From a virus (Duplodnaviria; Caudoviricetes), in the IMG/VR virus record IMGVR_UViG_3300017782_000145, positions 1 through 28,491 of that record: 28,491 nucleotides of DNA. One strand, 5' to 3'. The translations under genes and the position numbers were made by a program. Each line of letters begins with the position of its first letter. Position 1 is the first letter of the stretch. Below are positions 18,387 through 25,767 of the stretch, piece after piece. The notes beneath the pieces were generated by a model that was not told the DNA's origin, ran no database searches, and saw nothing but the letters and a program-made list of their open reading frames with translations.

Positions 18387-18471
18387 TAGAGGCCCTTAAT
18401 TTTCGACCCGATACGCGCGGCCCGGCTATTGCGCGCGGCAGGGTCACAGGAAAAAATGCCGGGTGTCTCAT
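18379..18471 (-). CDS. Tiny 30-aa ORF / possible leader peptide
   Basis: MRHPAFFPVTLPRAIAGPRVSGRKLRASKA; ATGA overlap with the upstream gene. Confidence 0.4.
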   Translation of the reverse strand: MRHPAFFPVTLPRAIAGPRVSGRKLRASKA

Positions 18472-18872
18472 TCGTTGCGGGCGTCAGTGACCAGCATTTG
18501 CAACACTTGGCCGGTCGTAACGTTTAAACGCTTAGCTTCTTCGTTTACCCATTTTCCATCGTCGTATCCGAGCAAACATAAAAAACGTGTACCCTGTACC
18601 GCAACGGGGCGAACGTCAATATCTTTTGCCACGGTCATAACGTAACTATACGTTGTATTGTTTCGTGCCGCAATTTCCTGCGCAGTGTATTGGCATTTGC
18701 GCAAATCCCGCCTAATGCCCTTTGCAGCTGGCTTTCGTGTCGTGACCTTTATTTTTTTGCCGCGAAACGATCCACTAACGCCCGCTCGACGAAGGGTCAT
18801 TTCAGCAACGCCGAGAGCGCTCTTGGCTTCGGCGGTTGTCGCGTATGTTTCGCCTTCGTATTCGACAATCAT
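18468..18872 (-). CDS. Hypothetical DNA-binding protein
   Basis: HTH-like segments TTAEAKSALGVAEMTLRR and TAQEIAARNNTTYSYV; ATGA overlaps on both sides. Confidence 0.6.
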   Translation of the reverse strand: MIVEYEGETYATTAEAKSALGVAEMTLRRAGVSGSFRGKKIKVTTRKPAAKGIRRDLRKCQYTAQEIAARNNTTYSYVMTVAKDIDVRPVAVQGTRFLCLLGYDDGKWVNEEAKRLNVTTGQVLQMLVTDARNE

Positions 18873-19324
18873 GCGTCTTCACCTTCCATTTTTTTCAAGC
18901 ATCGGGTTAGTGGGTTGCGCTCTTCGTCTGTAAATGTCTCAGCTAGGATCTTCTGCGCCTCTTCTGCCGTGACAACCTTGCGCGGCTCTTCGGCTGACTT
19001 AGGCTGCGCTGACACTTGAGTGGCGCGGTTGCTGAGAATGATTTTGCGAATGTCGCCCGTCTTTGGCTTTCGCTTGCAATCTGGGCCGTTGCCATATTCT
19101 CGGAAACCTTCGCGAATCTCTTGCTCTGTAAAAGCTTCAAGCGCTGCCATCCAATCACCTAAAATTTCTTCTTTGACTAAATCGGGCGGGCAGCTTTGCC
19201 AGTAGCCGTCCAGCGTGGCTTCGACGCGCACCCCGATCCAAGCGCGATGCTTAGAACGCTGTTGCGGCGGCAGCGATTGCCCGTAAAGTTGGATCATTTC
19301 TTGGGTCATCGGTAGGTTTGCCAT
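18869..19324 (-). CDS. Putative helicase loader/inhibitor (lambda P / SPP1 G39P position)
   Basis: Follows and overlaps the initiator; W..AL..F...EI..G...Y...P..GDI pattern; start at MANLP with a G-rich SD. Confidence 0.55.
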   Translation of the reverse strand: MANLPMTQEMIQLYGQSLPPQQRSKHRAWIGVRVEATLDGYWQSCPPDLVKEEILGDWMAALEAFTEQEIREGFREYGNGPDCKRKPKTGDIRKIILSNRATQVSAQPKSAEEPRKVVTAEEAQKILAETFTDEERNPLTRCLKKMEGEDA

Positions 19325-20003
19325 GTTGCCCCCCGTTAATTGCTGTGAATGCTGGCCGTGTTGTCTCTGGGAAAACCCCCTGCCAGCCATTTGCGATGCT
19401 GTTGTTCAAAACGCCCCAGGGGTCATGGTGCCCCACCAGCTTGTTCACGATTGCCCTAGCTGACCTAGGCGTCACCGGCTTGCGCATTTCCCGCCGAAAA
19501 TCGAGAAACTCTTGGGCCTGAAATTCCGCCACGACTTCCGAAAGGATTTCGCGCGCCACAACTTCGTTAGAAGTTGTTTGTTTATTGTTTATTTGTTCTT
19601 TTACTGCGTTTTTTGCTCGTTCTTCGGTGCGTTTTTTGCTCGTTTTTTTATTTTCGACGCTCTGATAATCGTCGTAATTACAGATAGTTACATGCGTTTT
19701 TCGTGCGTTTTTTTGACCTACCGCCGTGCGTTCGATCATGTCCTCGCCTTCTAATTTGGCCAGGAATTTGCGGACTCTGGTATCAGACCCCCAGCCCCAT
19801 TCGGTCATCATTTCCCGCAGCGTTCCGATGAAGCTTCCGCGCGGTACGTCAACACGCTGCCCACTTACCCTATGCGTGGTGTCTTCCCATGCCGCATTGG
19901 CGACTAACCACGTCCAGGCTTCCCGCTCTGTGAAAGGCTCGTTTTTAAATAAATCGTGCTTGCCTAACGCGTGTTTGCGCGTAACGCTTATCCATCCACT
20001 CAT
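19251..20003 (-). CDS. Phage replication initiator (lambda O-like)
   Basis: MSGWISVTR N-terminus, winged helix, TICNYDDYQ, low-complexity linker with iterons and C-terminal SIANGWQGVF; start 20003 by ATGA overlap. Confidence 0.85.
   Translation of the reverse strand: MSGWISVTRKHALGKHDLFKNEPFTEREAWTWLVANAAWEDTTHRVSGQRVDVPRGSFIGTLREMMTEWGWGSDTRVRKFLAKLEGEDMIERTAVGQKNARKTHVTICNYDDYQSVENKKTSKKRTEERAKNAVKEQINNKQTTSNEVVAREILSEVVAEFQAQEFLDFRREMRKPVTPRSARAIVNKLVGHHDPWGVLNNSIANGWQGVFPETTRPAFTAINGGQHGKPTDDPRNDPTLRAIAAAATAF
19571..19732. repeat. Replication origin: iterons plus AT-rich strand-asymmetric tract
   Basis: Exact 17-bp repeat TGCGTTTTTTGCTCGTT at 19605 and 19628; related TGCGTT(T) units at 19693, 19704 and 19727; TTGTTT/TTTATT tract at 19571-19603; all inside the initiator gene. 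Confidence 0.75.
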
Positions 20004-20326
20004 ATCGCTACGCCCCGCACTTCTAGTATTGATGTTTGCGTTTCGCCGCACACCCAAGCGTTGAACTTGGCCACGTCTTCGACCGTGCGAAAAATCGGCA
20101 CCGGCGCTGGCCATTTCTCTAGAAAACGCTCTTGCGCCGCCTCGATCCGGTTGCGCCCTGCTGGGTTCTTGACCTCTGCCGGGAACGTCAGGCCGCGCTT
20201 AGAAATGAGTAAGTCAGTTGGCTTGTCAGTGCGCTCTACAACGAAGCCATGAGCCTCTAAGGCGTCCACGATAAGATCCTCGTTGGCGTCTCTCTTCGCC
20301 CTTTGTGGCGGCTTAAAACGGGCCAT
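20000..20326 (-). CDS. PD-(D/E)xK nuclease, VRR-NUC / Holliday junction resolvase-like
   Basis: KRDANE..IV.AL, PTDLLI, EVK and Q..F...W motifs; start 20326 by TGATG overlap. Confidence 0.8.
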   Translation of the reverse strand: MARFKPPQRAKRDANEDLIVDALEAHGFVVERTDKPTDLLISKRGLTFPAEVKNPAGRNRIEAAQERFLEKWPAPVPIFRTVEDVAKFNAWVCGETQTSILEVRGVAI

Positions 20327-20544
20327 CAGCCGCGCCGCCACTCTTTGACGCGCGCCTTCTGGCCGTTAGCTTTTCTGACGCTGATCCATGCGTCCGCAAT
20401 CGGATAGCCCGCCTCTTTCAGATCCTTAATCCGGCGCGGAAGGTGTCCAATCCCGAATTGCGTGAAAGCCTTTTTACACGTAATGCGCAGCCCCATATCA
20501 AGGTAAGCCTTCACCATCGCGCTTTGTGATTTTTGGATACTCAC
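20326..20544 (-). CDS. Small winged helix-turn-helix protein
   Basis: IT...A...FGI.HL..RI.DLK..GYPI pattern. Confidence 0.75.
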   Translation of the reverse strand: MSIQKSQSAMVKAYLDMGLRITCKKAFTQFGIGHLPRRIKDLKEAGYPIADAWISVRKANGQKARVKEWRRG

Positions 20545-20609
20545 TTCTTACACCCCTTCTTTGCCTTTTCCCGCGCCTTTATTCTGGCGATCAGGACTTG
20601 TGAAACCGA

Positions 20610-21608
20610 TCACTCCGCTGCAAACAGATCAGCACAGCACTGCTCTGCATCTTGCAAATTGCATTCTGCCTGCGCGGCATATTCAGGTTTTAATTCAAAA
20701 CCAATATACCGACGCATCATCTTTACAGCTTCGTAACCTGTGGATCCTATGCCATTGAAAGGGTCCATAACGATGTCGCCCGGTTTAGTATACAACCGCA
20801 AACAGCGAGCAATTGCATCTAACTGCAACGGGCAAACATGCTTTTCATCGTTTGCAGCCTTCACACGGCGCAAAACCTTGCCCTGATCTACATCCATCCA
20901 GACTGGGCTTGCTTGTTGCTGCCATTCGTAAACGTCAAATTCAGCGTCTTTTAGTAGTTCTGTCAAAACTTTATCGTCGGGTATTTTTTGACACAAACCT
21001 ACTCTTCGCAAATCGGATAGCCACCCTTTTGCTATTTTTAACTTTGTTTTTTCGTCATCGGGCGCGGCGTGCTCAATAGGGGAAAAGTCAGAATGCGTTT
21101 TTTCGCAATCCTTACGAAACATCAGCATGTAATCCGGCATACCAACGCGATTAAAAGCGCTATTTGCTCTAATGTTCTTGTAAAGAAGGCCATGCGCCTT
21201 TGTGCGCTGCATCTCAACAACTGGATCTTTCCAAATCGTTGCCCGTCCATGATAAATTAACCCAGCTTCTGTGTGAGCCTTTATGAGATCACCAGAAAAG
21301 TCTTGCAATCCGATAGCGCCATGTTTGCCTTTGCGCATAGGTAAGTCAGTGCAGTGAACACATGCAATTCGGCCCGGTCGCAGAACCCGCGTCAACGCTT
21401 CTGCAAAAAAAGCATATTGCGCAAAAAATGACGCTCCCTCGCCAGCATTCCCTAAATCTCTTTCGCTGTCAGAGTAAACAAAAAGATCGCCAAATGGCGG
21501 CGAAAATATCGCACTATCAACACTGTTTTCTGGCATTGCCCACATGCCTTCTATGCAATCGCTATTATGGATCGCCCATCCTTTACCTTGATATTCTGGC
21601 TGTTTCAT
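20610..21608 (-). CDS. Site-specific DNA amino-methyltransferase (N4C/N6A, beta class)
   Basis: Motif IV FSPPF precedes motif I DPFNGIGSTG; KHVCPLQLD and GFELKPEY; start at ATG 21608 with GAGG. Confidence 0.92.
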   Translation of the reverse strand: MKQPEYQGKGWAIHNSDCIEGMWAMPENSVDSAIFSPPFGDLFVYSDSERDLGNAGEGASFFAQYAFFAEALTRVLRPGRIACVHCTDLPMRKGKHGAIGLQDFSGDLIKAHTEAGLIYHGRATIWKDPVVEMQRTKAHGLLYKNIRANSAFNRVGMPDYMLMFRKDCEKTHSDFSPIEHAAPDDEKTKLKIAKGWLSDLRRVGLCQKIPDDKVLTELLKDAEFDVYEWQQQASPVWMDVDQGKVLRRVKAANDEKHVCPLQLDAIARCLRLYTKPGDIVMDPFNGIGSTGYEAVKMMRRYIGFELKPEYAAQAECNLQDAEQCCADLFAAE

Positions 21609-21612
21609 GTTT

Positions 21613-22992
21613 CTATACCTCTGTCTTGATCCAATCAGGAAAAGCAAGATCAAGCGGGCGATCATATTTCACCTTTACGCTCGCTTGAACTTGCGCGTTC
21701 TTCATCGCGTCAGACATTCGACGCTTCATCTCTTCATGTTTTTGAGCTTTAGTCTGCACAGCACGCAGCACCGTTCCTTCAGTATCAGCGATAACAATAT
21801 CATTGACGACTTGGTTGCTTTGCCCAAACCGATGCGACCTACGCACGGCCTGATAATGCTGCTCATAACTAAATGAGATAGACGCAAAAACAGCATGTGA
21901 GCAATGCTGCCAGTTGACGCCAAAACCAGCCAGCTTAGGCTTTGTAACCATGGCGCGAAACTCACCTTCTGAAAAGCCCAACAATCGACGCTCTTTTTCT
22001 TCTGGTGTAAGCTTTCCTGAAACCTCTACTGCGCCATCAATTGCATCTACTAGCATAGCGCTTTCGTCATCCCGCTCACACCATACCGTCACCGGCTTAT
22101 TATGGTTCGCTAGTTGCGCTGCCTTTTCGCATCGCTCGTTGATAGTCCGGCGCTTTTCGTCATGAAATGACGTTGCCGACATTTCTGGAATGCGAAAAAG
22201 ACTTCCTTGATCCGCTTTGTAAACGTCTGCCTCTACAGTGTGAATGTTGCGAACGATCTCTGGCAAAATATATCCACTGTCATCGCCACCGAGATCGCTG
22301 GGCAATGTTGCGCAACGCGACCAAGAAGCAACCCATGCCCAAAAATCTTCTACAGCGTGCCCCTTTAAACGCCATTCTTGAGAAGCTGTTGACGTGTCAT
22401 TGATAAACCATTTTGATAGCATTTCCTGCTGTCGCATGACGCTAAGAAACTCTGCGTGATTGCCTAATTCCATGTGATCGTTTGGCGATGGAGTTGCAGT
22501 GGCTGCCAATCGAAACTCAGTTGCGCCGAACGCATCTAAAAGCTTTTTACGCGTTTGCCCTGCAAATGATTTTAATATTGAACTTTCATCAAGAACCACG
22601 CCGCCGAAACTTGAGTGATCTAGCTTTGAAATTCTTTCATAGTTTGCAACTAATACGCCTGATCCAACTTCTGACTGATCGCGAATTTGCCTTGCATCAA
22701 TTCCAAATTTTTGCCCCTCTCGCACAATCTGACCAGCAACCGCAAGCGGCGTTAAAATAAGTGCGGGTTTCTTGGTATGTTCTGCAACCTGTCTTGCCCA
22801 ATCCAATTCGCAAAGAGACTTACCTAAACCTGTGTCCAAAAAAAGCGCGGCTTTTCCTTTGGACAACGCAAAGTCAATTGAAATGCGCTGATGGTGCTTA
22901 GCCGCGCTAGCAGATTTAGACAAAATACGCTTAGATTGCTTAGATTTAACAGTTTTTTTTGCCATAAACTCTCTATATTTGTGAACGCTCAT
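21613..22992 (-). CDS. SF2 SNF2-like helicase/ATPase
   Basis: DTGLGKS, VLDESS, ATATPSPND, GFGVNWQ and QAVRRSHRFGQ motifs. Confidence 0.92.
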   Translation of the reverse strand: MSVHKYREFMAKKTVKSKQSKRILSKSASAAKHHQRISIDFALSKGKAALFLDTGLGKSLCELDWARQVAEHTKKPALILTPLAVAGQIVREGQKFGIDARQIRDQSEVGSGVLVANYERISKLDHSSFGGVVLDESSILKSFAGQTRKKLLDAFGATEFRLAATATPSPNDHMELGNHAEFLSVMRQQEMLSKWFINDTSTASQEWRLKGHAVEDFWAWVASWSRCATLPSDLGGDDSGYILPEIVRNIHTVEADVYKADQGSLFRIPEMSATSFHDEKRRTINERCEKAAQLANHNKPVTVWCERDDESAMLVDAIDGAVEVSGKLTPEEKERRLLGFSEGEFRAMVTKPKLAGFGVNWQHCSHAVFASISFSYEQHYQAVRRSHRFGQSNQVVNDIVIADTEGTVLRAVQTKAQKHEEMKRRMSDAMKNAQVQASVKVKYDRPLDLAFPDWIKTEV

Positions 22993-23315
22993 TACAACAT
23001 CTCCATAGCTACATCAGGAGACTTGTTGATCGCCTGCTTTGCCATTACGTTGGCTGCGTCAAAACCCGCTATCGCGTAGCTGGTCAGCCCCTTTTCGGTG
23101 CCCTTTGCCAGCAGCCACGAAAAGCGATCAAAATGGACGCCAGATAGCGTTCTTTCATCCACTGTTTCCCGCTTAGTTGGGTAGCTGCGAATTGACGAAT
23201 TGCCTGTAGGTTTATCTAGGCAGGATCTGCAAACGCCGCTTAGGTTTCTTGGACCTAAGTGCTTATTGCAGCCGGGGCGCGCGCATTGGCGAGTAGTGAC
23301 TTGGTCATAGCTCAT
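22992..23315 (-). CDS. Hypothetical protein with N-terminal Cys4 zinc finger
   Basis: CARPGC-x7-N-x-SGVCRSC; TAATG overlap with the helicase. Confidence 0.6.
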   Translation of the reverse strand: MSYDQVTTRQCARPGCNKHLGPRNLSGVCRSCLDKPTGNSSIRSYPTKRETVDERTLSGVHFDRFSWLLAKGTEKGLTSYAIAGFDAANVMAKQAINKSPDVAMEML

Positions 23316-23664
23316 AGTTGGTATCCGCTTGTGTCTTCAAGGGTTCACAGGTCATTACAAATGCTGTCTTTGGCTCGCCCGTCTTGTTGTGCGTCCAGGC
23401 CATTGCGTGAATGATTGCAGGCCCAGCACTGCACCAGCCAGGAGCAGACATTTCGCGAAGGACAAAAGCTTGCGCGTTATCGAATGACCAAGCAACGCCC
23501 GATATTGGCGGTAATATGTCGCAATCGGTCGCCGCTGACGGTCCTTTAGTTGTTATTTTTACTAACTCTTCTTGTGTTTCGCATAGGATGATTGCAGGCA
23601 CTTGCAACGTGTCAGCGCTCGCTCCCGTGGCCATAAAAGCAATCGCAACGCTTACCCGGATCAT
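23305..23664 (-). CDS. Putative exported protein
   Basis: Signal-peptide-like MIRVSVAIAFMATGASA|D; four Cys in the mature part; ATGA overlap with cro. Confidence 0.6.
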   Translation of the reverse strand: MIRVSVAIAFMATGASADTLQVPAIILCETQEELVKITTKGPSAATDCDILPPISGVAWSFDNAQAFVLREMSAPGWCSAGPAIIHAMAWTHNKTGEPKTAFVMTCEPLKTQADTNYEL

Positions 23665-23903
23665 GACGCTTTTTCCTGCGAGCGTTCAAAAAAGTCGGAC
23701 GGCTCACAAAGACCTTTAAAAACTAAGATTTGTTGCGCGGACTTAGGCACCTCTCCACCAGTGCCCCCACGTTTGCCTTTGGGGTAAGTCCAGCGATAGA
23801 TCCAGCTTTCCGACCGGCCGACGGCTAAAGCTGTTTTTTCGATGCCGCCGCATTTCGCGATGACGCGAGAGGCAACAGGCGATATGTTTTGAATGTTGGT
23901 CAT
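23661..23903 (-). CDS. Cro-like HTH repressor
   Basis: VIAKCGG...TALAVGRSESWIYRW....GGTGGEVP...Q pattern; first gene of the leftward early operon; start at ATG 23903. Confidence 0.8.
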   Translation of the reverse strand: MTNIQNISPVASRVIAKCGGIEKTALAVGRSESWIYRWTYPKGKRGGTGGEVPKSAQQILVFKGLCEPSDFFERSQEKAS

Positions 23904-23908
23904 GCCGC

Positions 23909-23937
23909 ATTTACGAATGCCGAAAATCATTTGTCAA
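23909..23937 (-). promoter_or_regulatory. Leftward early promoter (pR-like), probably leaderless
   Basis: TTGACA-17 nt-GTAAAT, with the cro ATG 6 nt after the -10 and no SD. Confidence 0.65.
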
Positions 23938-24000
23938 GATGCTTTTTTTGCGTTTTACGTAAATTATTTAGTTGACTGCACGATTTCTATTTGCGAAAAG
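23909..24000. repeat. Three 19-bp operator-like imperfect palindromes
   Basis: ATTTACG-aatgc-CGAAAAT (23909), TTTTGCG-tttta-CGTAAAT (23946) and GATTTCT-atttg-CGAAAAG (23982); spacing 37 and 36 bp. Confidence 0.7.
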
Positions 24001-24001
24001 T
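23972..24001 (+). promoter_or_regulatory. Rightward early promoter (pL-like)
   Basis: TTGACT followed after 4 nt by the third operator, mirroring the leftward promoter; AT-rich upstream; the -10 is degenerate. Confidence 0.5.
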
Positions 24002-24107
24002 ACCACAATATAAATAGCAAACACTAAAAAAGCATGTTGATCGCAGCGAGCGTCACTGGCGACTAATCGAAGTTAGGAAAGACTTTTTGCAAAAGGAATA
24101 GACGACC

Positions 24108-24332
24108 ATGGCAAATAGTATTCTGTTTGGGCTGGGCTTTGTTGTATTGACAGTGACCACAGCTGCCTACGCAATGACCTGCTTTAAACTTGCCGAAAAA
24201 TTGAGTGATGCTCGGGAAAATATCGCCCTATTGGAAAAGAAAATAAATGCTTTGCAGCAGGCAAATGACGCAGCAACCAATGCGCTTCGATGCCCGGCAG
24301 CGGGCGAAGTATGCAAACGAAAGGTGATGTAA
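24108..24332 (+). CDS. Small membrane-anchored coiled-coil protein
   Basis: N-terminal hydrophobic helix, then heptads; AAGGA SD. Confidence 0.7.
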   Translation: MANSILFGLGFVVLTVTTAAYAMTCFKLAEKLSDARENIALLEKKINALQQANDAATNALRCPAAGEVCKRKVM

Positions 24333-24333
24333 T

Positions 24334-24612
24334 ATGATCTTTATAGAACCCGAATTGGAACTCATTACGGAACCTAGTGCCCAACTTACCGGCGCTGGCA
24401 GCTTCCAAATCACAGAATTTGGCTGTAAACTTTTAAGTCTACGCATTGGTAAACTGGAACTAAGCCGCGACCAGTGCGCATCGGTCACGTCAGACGACCA
24501 CATTAAGCGCGTGGAACAGTTAACGTTCGGAACCTACCGCGATGAGCACCAAAGCGCATTTTGGCATGTTCAAGCCGACCGTGAGCACGAATTAGCGGAG
24601 TGGGCAACATGA
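24334..24612 (+). CDS. Hypothetical protein
   Basis: 92 aa, abutting both neighbours; AAGGTG SD. Confidence 0.65.
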   Translation: MIFIEPELELITEPSAQLTGAGSFQITEFGCKLLSLRIGKLELSRDQCASVTSDDHIKRVEQLTFGTYRDEHQSAFWHVQADREHELAEWAT

Positions 24613-24770
24613 GCGACCTTGCCACAAAGGCCAACGTCATTAAAGCCGAAGCGAAACTTTACTGGATTGTTGACGCTTTGAACGACGGCCACAGTCTGGA
24701 CAAGCTAGACCAAGAATCAATCAAAGAGGCGCATCAATGCCTTAAACAAGCTTTGGGTTATGACCAATGA
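24609..24770 (+). CDS. Small 53-aa hypothetical protein (not in ORF track)
   Basis: MSDLATKANVIKAEAKLYWIVDALNDGHSLDKLDQESIKEAHQCLKQALGYDQ; GGAG SD; ATGA overlaps at both ends. Confidence 0.7.
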   Translation: MSDLATKANVIKAEAKLYWIVDALNDGHSLDKLDQESIKEAHQCLKQALGYDQ

Positions 24771-25027
24771 ACAACGAAATTCGCCACTCACGGCGAAGCG
24801 CGGGCGGGTGTAATTTTAACCTTGTATCGCAGCACCAAGCGCCCGCTCGCGCACCTATACCGCTTGCAGACCGGTCAAAGTCTGCGGACTTCCTCCCTGT
24901 CAACTCGGGGGCCTCTGCTAGCAAGCCCCCATTTTTTCCCAACCATCTAGCCGAGGTTGCTTGGTGGCTGTCTTGGAAAGACAGGAAAGATCGGGAACGC
25001 CGCGCTAGCTTTGAATTGGAGTGCTGA
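24767..25027 (+). CDS. Hypothetical protein overlapping a structured RNA
   Basis: ATGA-coupled 86-aa ORF with atypical composition, running through the hairpins. Confidence 0.45.
   Translation: MNNEIRHSRRSAGGCNFNLVSQHQAPARAPIPLADRSKSADFLPVNSGASASKPPFFPNHLAEVAWWLSWKDRKDRERRASFELEC
24798..24937 (+). ncRNA. Candidate anti-SD small RNA / attenuator ending in an intrinsic terminator
   Basis: 13-bp stem 24798-24810/24840-24852, 7-bp stem 24865-71/24880-86, unpaired CTTCCTCCCT, then GGGGGC...GCCCCC plus ATTTTTT. Confidence 0.55.
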
Positions 25028-25029
25028 GA

Positions 25030-25767
25030 ATGGGCATTAAGAACTCTCGCGAAATAGCGAAAGAGACAGCAATGCAGGGGCCTCTATTCGGCGCACTTGC
25101 TAAGGCGCGTGGAGAGTTTGACGATATACCGCGCAACCGTATCGCAACCATCCGCATGAAAAACGGCGGTCAATACAGTTATCGTTATGCTGATCTGTCG
25201 GACATGTTGCGCGCGACCACGCCAGCGCTGGCGGCCTACGGCCTTGCCGTGGTGCAATGGCCAGAGGGAACAACACTTTATACTATGGTTTGCCATGAAA
25301 GCGGCGCTCAGTACGTCACGCCTTGGCCCATTAAGCCCATGCCGCAGCGCGGGCTAGACGACGCGCAGCAATTTCAATCTGCCGTACAGGTCGCAAAGCG
25401 CTATGCGCTAGGTGCCGCGCTTGGTGTATCAACAGAAGAAACTATCGAAGGCGAAGAGAAGGCACATAAGACAATCGAAAACGGCGGAATGTCCCGCGAT
25501 CCGTTCAACGACGCCGATGGAATACGCGGCCCGCACGGCGCGAAACTCAACGCCGACATGACCCCGCGCGAAATGGCAGAAGAAAGCGCGCGCGCCATAG
25601 AGGCGCAATTTGATGCAGTCAAAACCGCCGTTGGACTCAATGGCGTTTGGAACCGAAACGAGATCTTTATTTCGCGGTTTCAGGAAAATTACGATGATCT
25701 GTTCCAGAACATCTATGACAAATTTCACAGCCTTATGGGGCAGTTAAACGATGGGGAAGCCGCTTAA
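25030..25767 (+). CDS. erf: ERF-family single-strand annealing protein
   Basis: YRYADLSD...[12 protein letters not shown] and [21 protein letters not shown] motifs; start at ATG 25030 with GGAG. Confidence 0.85.
   Translation: MGIKNSREIAKETAMQGPLFGALAKARGEFDDIPRNRIATIRMKNGGQYSYRYADLSDMLRATTPALAAYGLAVVQWPEGTTLYTMVCHESGAQYVTPWPIKPMPQRGLDDAQQFQSAVQVAKRYALGAALGVSTEETIEGEEKAHKTIENGGMSRDPFNDADGIRGPHGAKLNADMTPREMAEESARAIEAQFDAVKTAVGLNGVWNRNEIFISRFQENYDDLFQNIYDKFHSLMGQLNDGEAA

Noticed and set aside
19605-19732. Direct repeats as a mini-CRISPR array
   Set aside because: The 17-bp repeats have only a 6-nt gap, lie inside a coding region and have no cas genes; iterons explain them better.
20000-22992. 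Complete restriction-modification, BREX or DISARM defence system
   Set aside because: The nearby nuclease is a small VRR-NUC-like protein common in phage replication modules. No REase, PglZ, Drm or specificity subunits are present.
74-23787. Numerous + strand ORFs opposite the structural and replication genes (e.g. 768-1253, 6864-7352, 7752-8189)
   Set aside because: They are antisense shadows of well-supported genes, with Ser/Arg/Pro-rich composition, no SD and no motifs.
24108-24332. Possible Rz-like i-spanin (TM helix, coiled coil, LRCP)
   Set aside because: It is too short, lies in an early operon far from the lysis genes, and has no overlapping lipoprotein ORF.
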